Source: Candidatus Baldrarchaeota archaeon (GTDB lineage Archaea > Asgardarchaeota > Baldrarchaeia > Baldrarchaeales > DXJG01). From it: a stretch of 32,000 nucleotides of DNA. The stretch lies in the NCBI GenBank assembly GCA_019056805.1, contig DXJG01000002.1, positions 106,907 through 138,906 of the forward strand. The letters are read 5' to 3'. Shown piece after piece: positions 28,690-32,000 of the stretch; the first letter of the stretch is position 1, and each line of letters opens with the position of its first letter. The position numbers and the translations under genes are program-made. The notes beneath the pieces were generated by a model. That model made no database searches and was not told the DNA's origin. It saw nothing but the letters and a program-made list of their open reading frames with translations.

Positions 28690-29127
28690 ATGACTTTTTG
28701 GCTTCGTGTAACAACTGAGAAAAACTGGAATGTTATTAGGGATAGGTTGGTTTGGGGTGTTGCTGATAGATTTAAAGGCGCAATTCAAAAGGTTAAGCCT
28801 GGAGACAAACTCATATTCTACGTAATGCAAACAACGAAAGACAAGGAGATTGTTCCCTCTAGGATTGTTGGAATATTTGAAGTTGTATCTGAGCCTTACA
28901 GAGATTCAACAAAAATTTTCAAGGCTTAGGGAAGCGAGTCAACTTTCCCAAATAGAGTTAAAATTAAACCCATTAAGATTTTCGATGAGCCGCTGTTTTT
29001 CAAGAAGCTTGTCCTAAAGCTAAGCTTTATTAAGAATAAGCAGCGATGGTCAGATTCGCTACGAAGAGCAATGGTTGAAATTTCTGAGAAAGATTATAAA
29101 ATTATTGCTGAGTTTGGAGGTGTGTAA
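28690..29127 (+). pseudogene. EVE domain (PUA-like) protein with in-frame TAG at 28927-28929
   Basis: WL..TT..NW.VI....VWGV...VKPGDKLIFY...IVGIFEVVSEPY. The same frame continues past TAG as FPNRVKIKP...LSFIKNK..WS...AMVEISE.DY..I to TAA at 29127. Confidence 0.88.
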
Positions 29128-29301
29128 GGCTGAGCGCGCGCTAACCGTAGCTGGAAAATATTTAACCAAAAAAGAGTACGAAGAAATCAAAGAAAAATAA
29201 TCCTAAAAAATGGAAATAAAGTTTATTTCCCAATTATAGATGACTGCTATAGTTTAAACTAACTCTATCCTCTAGATCAGCACACACTAACCCCCATGCA
29301 T

Positions 29302-32000
29302 TCATCGAATAAACCTGTCTAATGCGGTATGTTTCTTTAGTTTTAATGATTTAAACAACTCTAACGTAAGTTTATCAATTTCTTCAATTTCATTTATCAA
29401 CTCCCCACGCATGGCTTCTCTTAAATTAGCAACCTCTGTTGGAACTAAAGTACCTCTTTCCTCTAGTTTTTTATCATATCCTTTCTCCTTGAGAATTGAT
29501 GTTAACGTTTTCCAAGCTTTATCCGCTGCAAACCTTCCCAACTCGGACAAACGTTTGTGAATTCTGTTTTTTTCGTTATATTTAGGTATTGGAAATTCTA
29601 AAGGCTTTTTGTGAATGTGTCTTTCAACACCACTAAATCCTTTTGCTTGCATCGGTTTGATTAGATCATCAAGAACTGAAGAGTTTAAGATTGCAACTAA
29701 ATAGTATGCCTCATTTTCATTATTTGTTTCATATCTGTATAGAGTTGAGTCGATAATGACTGAGGGTTCATTTCTAACAATACATGAAGCTAGATGCGTA
29801 GCGGATGTTAAGTAGACAACCTTATACTTAGCGTTTGGATTTTGCTTTGTTAATTTATTTCTATAATCTAGCCACTCATAAAGATCCACCTTCTTTTTTC
29901 CTCTAACTTTCTCCCAAATTTCTTCTGCCTTTTCCAGCCATTTTGCTAGGTAAACTTTACCCATATCTAATGCCGTTTCCCTTCTAATCAAGAAGTATTT
30001 ATTTCCATGTGGTTTTATCGGTAAAACTGCAACATTTGGCGGTAAATGACAGAATGGTAAAACTTCAGCACTTGTCAAAACGTAATAAAGAAACTCTCTC
30101 TCAATGGGGTGTCTATCAATTTCATATTCGATCTTTCCTCTCATCTTTGCTCTTCTTGATGTTCTAACCATTGGAATCTTTTCATCAATAACATCAACAA
30201 ACCAGCAAGTTTGCGGAACTATCGTTGCTCCCTGGTAAAAATCTCCATAGTAGTGACTTCTAGAACTAATTGCCTCAAGTTTTACAAGTGAGATGAAAGA
30301 TCTCTTCTTAACTAGGTTTAAGTAAAGTTCGCTCTCCAAAACTTTTAATTGTTTTAGTGCTTCTGATAGGCTCATAACCTTGTGTCTATCTTCTGGAAGT
30401 TTTCCTTCAATAATAATTGTTGGAACTGGATAAGATTTTCCAGTTTCCTTTTTTGCTATAACAGCGCATGCTGGAACATAGAATAGTGGGGTAACTTTGC
30501 AGTCAATGAACTTCTCAATTTTATACTCAACTTTAACATCTTGCCTTCTAAATTTGTCGTGTTGATCGGAATACATTATTGATTTTGGCATTACAAACCC
30601 TATTGATCCTCCATCCTTTAAATATAAATCTAAACATCTAATTAGGAATAGTGTAGCCATTTCCATGTGAGTCATTAAATGTTCCTCAACAACTAATCCA
30701 TATTTTTCTTTTATCAGTTTTTTGACTTTCCTTTGGTAATCTGGGTCTGCTATAAATCTGTAGGCAAGCCAAGGAGGATTCCCTACGATAAAATCAAAAT
30801 CTCTGTAGTACGTTGAGACTATGTAAGTTTTGAGTATAGGTATCCAGACTGTATCAATTTCTTTCCTCACGAATTCAAGTAATTTATCATAGACACTTTT
30901 AATTAAGATTCTTTCTTCCCTTGTTAGCTTATAACTCTCTAGCCTTCTTTGGAGTTCTATATTATCAAATGGAGCTTTTGCTTCTAGAAATCGTTCGAAA
31001 TCGTTCAGTAAATCTAGAGCTTTATCAAGAAGTTTCGAGGGGATTTGGAATTTCGTTCCACCAGCTTCAATTTCAACGACTTTTACGGGTTTACCCGCTA
31101 CCCATACTGTATCTTCAAGCTCCCTAGCAGTAATAATTGAGTTTGCTAAATACACTGGAATTTCTATCATTTCCTCCCCTTTATGTTCTAATAGTCTTTC
31201 AGAGGCTAATGCAATTAGATAATTTGCTCTAGCTGTAAGAACGGCCAAAGAATCTATATCAAAACCTATAACATTTGAACAGATCGTTTTCAGTAAAGTT
31301 TTTGGGCCAATTTTGTCTTTATACTTTGCCATCTTTTTAATTACTAAAGCTAAAAATGTTCCGGTTCCAGCTCCGGGATCTAAAAATTTGGTATTAATCA
31401 AATCTGTATCTTTAGTTAGTTCATTTATTATGAGTTCTGCAAGCCAGTCTGGAGTTGTGTATATTCCTAGCTTTTGTCTTACTTCTTTTCTTGGAACTAA
31501 TTCTTCATATAAAAGTTTGAAAACGTCTCTAGCCATTGAAGGCTCTTGAATTAAAGACTCTATATCATATTCCAAAAGCTTTTCAGCAATTACTCTTACA
31601 ATTTCCTCTATTTCGTCATCCCATTCATCCAGATACCATGAGAAAAATTCCCCTTCTAAAAAGTTCTTTATTTTGTAAATAGAATAAAGGTATCCGGTTT
31701 CAAGCTCTTCAATTTTCTCTTTAAGTTCATTTTCAGCAATAGCTCTTTTAACTTCTTCAAAGAAAGTTGCTATAGTCGCATTATAAAATCTTGCAGCAAC
31801 TTCAACTGATAATAACTTTATAACTAGAGCGTAGTAAGTTTGAATTGCAAAAAATAACTTTAATCCATCAATCTTTTCCATCTCCATTTTTTCAAATCCA
31901 TAATCTTCGGCGATTTTCCTTAATTCTTCACCAGAAATTGAAAAAGCTTGAGATGTGAGCCTTAACCATTCATCAAACAGTTTTTGGGTCTTTTCACTCG
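29302..32000 (-). CDS. Large N6-adenine DNA methyltransferase with C-terminal target-recognition region (type IIG/Eco57I-like R-M family; 5' end outside window)
   Basis: Frame is open from the window edge (..SEKTQKLFDEWLRLTSQAFS..). FAIQTYYALVIKLL, LGIYTTPDWLA, DPGAGTGTFL (motif I), VGNPPW (motif IV), ERHIHK. Confidence 0.92.
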   Translation of the reverse strand, partial: SEKTQKLFDEWLRLTSQAFSISGEELRKIAEDYGFEKMEMEKIDGLKLFFAIQTYYALVIKLLSVEVAARFYNATIATFFEEVKRAIAENELKEKIEELETGYLYSIYKIKNFLEGEFFSWYLDEWDDEIEEIVRVIAEKLLEYDIESLIQEPSMARDVFKLLYEELVPRKEVRQKLGIYTTPDWLAELIINELTKDTDLINTKFLDPGAGTGTFLALVIKKMAKYKDKIGPKTLLKTICSNVIGFDIDSLAVLTARANYLIALASERLLEHKGEEMIEIPVYLANSIITARELEDTVWVAGKPVKVVEIEAGGTKFQIPSKLLDKALDLLNDFERFLEAKAPFDNIELQRRLESYKLTREERILIKSVYDKLLEFVRKEIDTVWIPILKTYIVSTYYRDFDFIVGNPPWLAYRFIADPDYQRKVKKLIKEKYGLVVEEHLMTHMEMATLFLIRCLDLYLKDGGSIGFVMPKSIMYSDQHDKFRRQDVKVEYKIEKFIDCKVTPLFYVPACAVIAKKETGKSYPVPTIIIEGKLPEDRHKVMSLSEALKQLKVLESELYLNLVKKRSFISLVKLEAISSRSHYYGDFYQGATIVPQTCWFVDVIDEKIPMVRTSRRAKMRGKIEYEIDRHPIEREFLYYVLTSAEVLPFCHLPPNVAVLPIKPHGNKYFLIRRETALDMGKVYLAKWLEKAEEIWEKVRGKKKVDLYEWLDYRNKLTKQNPNAKYKVVYLTSATHLASCIVRNEPSVIIDSTLYRYETNNENEAYYLVAILNSSVLDDLIKPMQAKGFSGVERHIHKKPLEFPIPKYNEKNRIHKRLSELGRFAADKAWKTLTSILKEKGYDKKLEERGTLVPTEVANLREAMRGELINEIEEIDKLTLELFKSLKLKKHTALDRFIR

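Larger units (their letters stand above)
22425..32000. other. Defence/accessory island (right boundary outside window)
   Basis: Abrupt switch from conserved housekeeping genes to orphans, nucleases, modified-base reader domains, an MTase and pseudogenes after a ~370-bp AT-rich spacer. Confidence 0.75.

Noticed and set aside
29120-29200. 26-codon peptide after EVE and an AGCGCGCGCT palindrome
   Set aside because: Too short; likely a gene remnant. SHOCT-like resemblance is weak.
1146-31549. Numerous antisense or nested track ORFs (e.g. 1146-1400, 13247-13708, 14693-15100, 26691-26948)
   Set aside because: They overlap well-supported genes and show no motifs.
1-32000. tRNA, rRNA, CRISPR array, IS element or provirus
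   Set aside because: None recognised by eye; tRNAscan-SE/Infernal would be needed to exclude short or intron-containing RNAs.

Overview
AT-rich archaeal window, probably from an Asgard-type lineage. That placement is inferred from a Zn-ribbon/roadblock protein, an alpha-SNAP-like TPR protein, an EMC6/RAB5IF-like membrane protein, L35Ae and a GPN GTPase. Bases 1-22 kb are mostly housekeeping: partial cdc48, GGGP synthase, nucS, a fumarase + thiol:fumarate-reductase-type operon, SPOUT methyltransferase, Lrp-KaiC pair, rqcH-pyrC-Mut7C-AMMECR1-glycosyltransferase run, DUF4152-GPN-PIN run, rpl35Ae and DUF166. Two candidate box C/D guide RNAs missed by the ORF track lie at 1057-1121 (-) and 5031-5091 (+). 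A small wHTH/coiled-coil protein (1213-1644) ends in a Swi5/Hop2/Mnd1-like segment. From about 22.4 kb to the edge is a defence-like island. It holds three different predicted modified-base reader families (Nmad3, Nmad2, EVE), two PD-(D/E)xK nuclease genes, four orphan membrane proteins and a large N6-adenine methyltransferase. All reading-frame disruptions I found fall in one 2.7 kb block of this island. All family calls come from motif recognition by eye; no searches were run.
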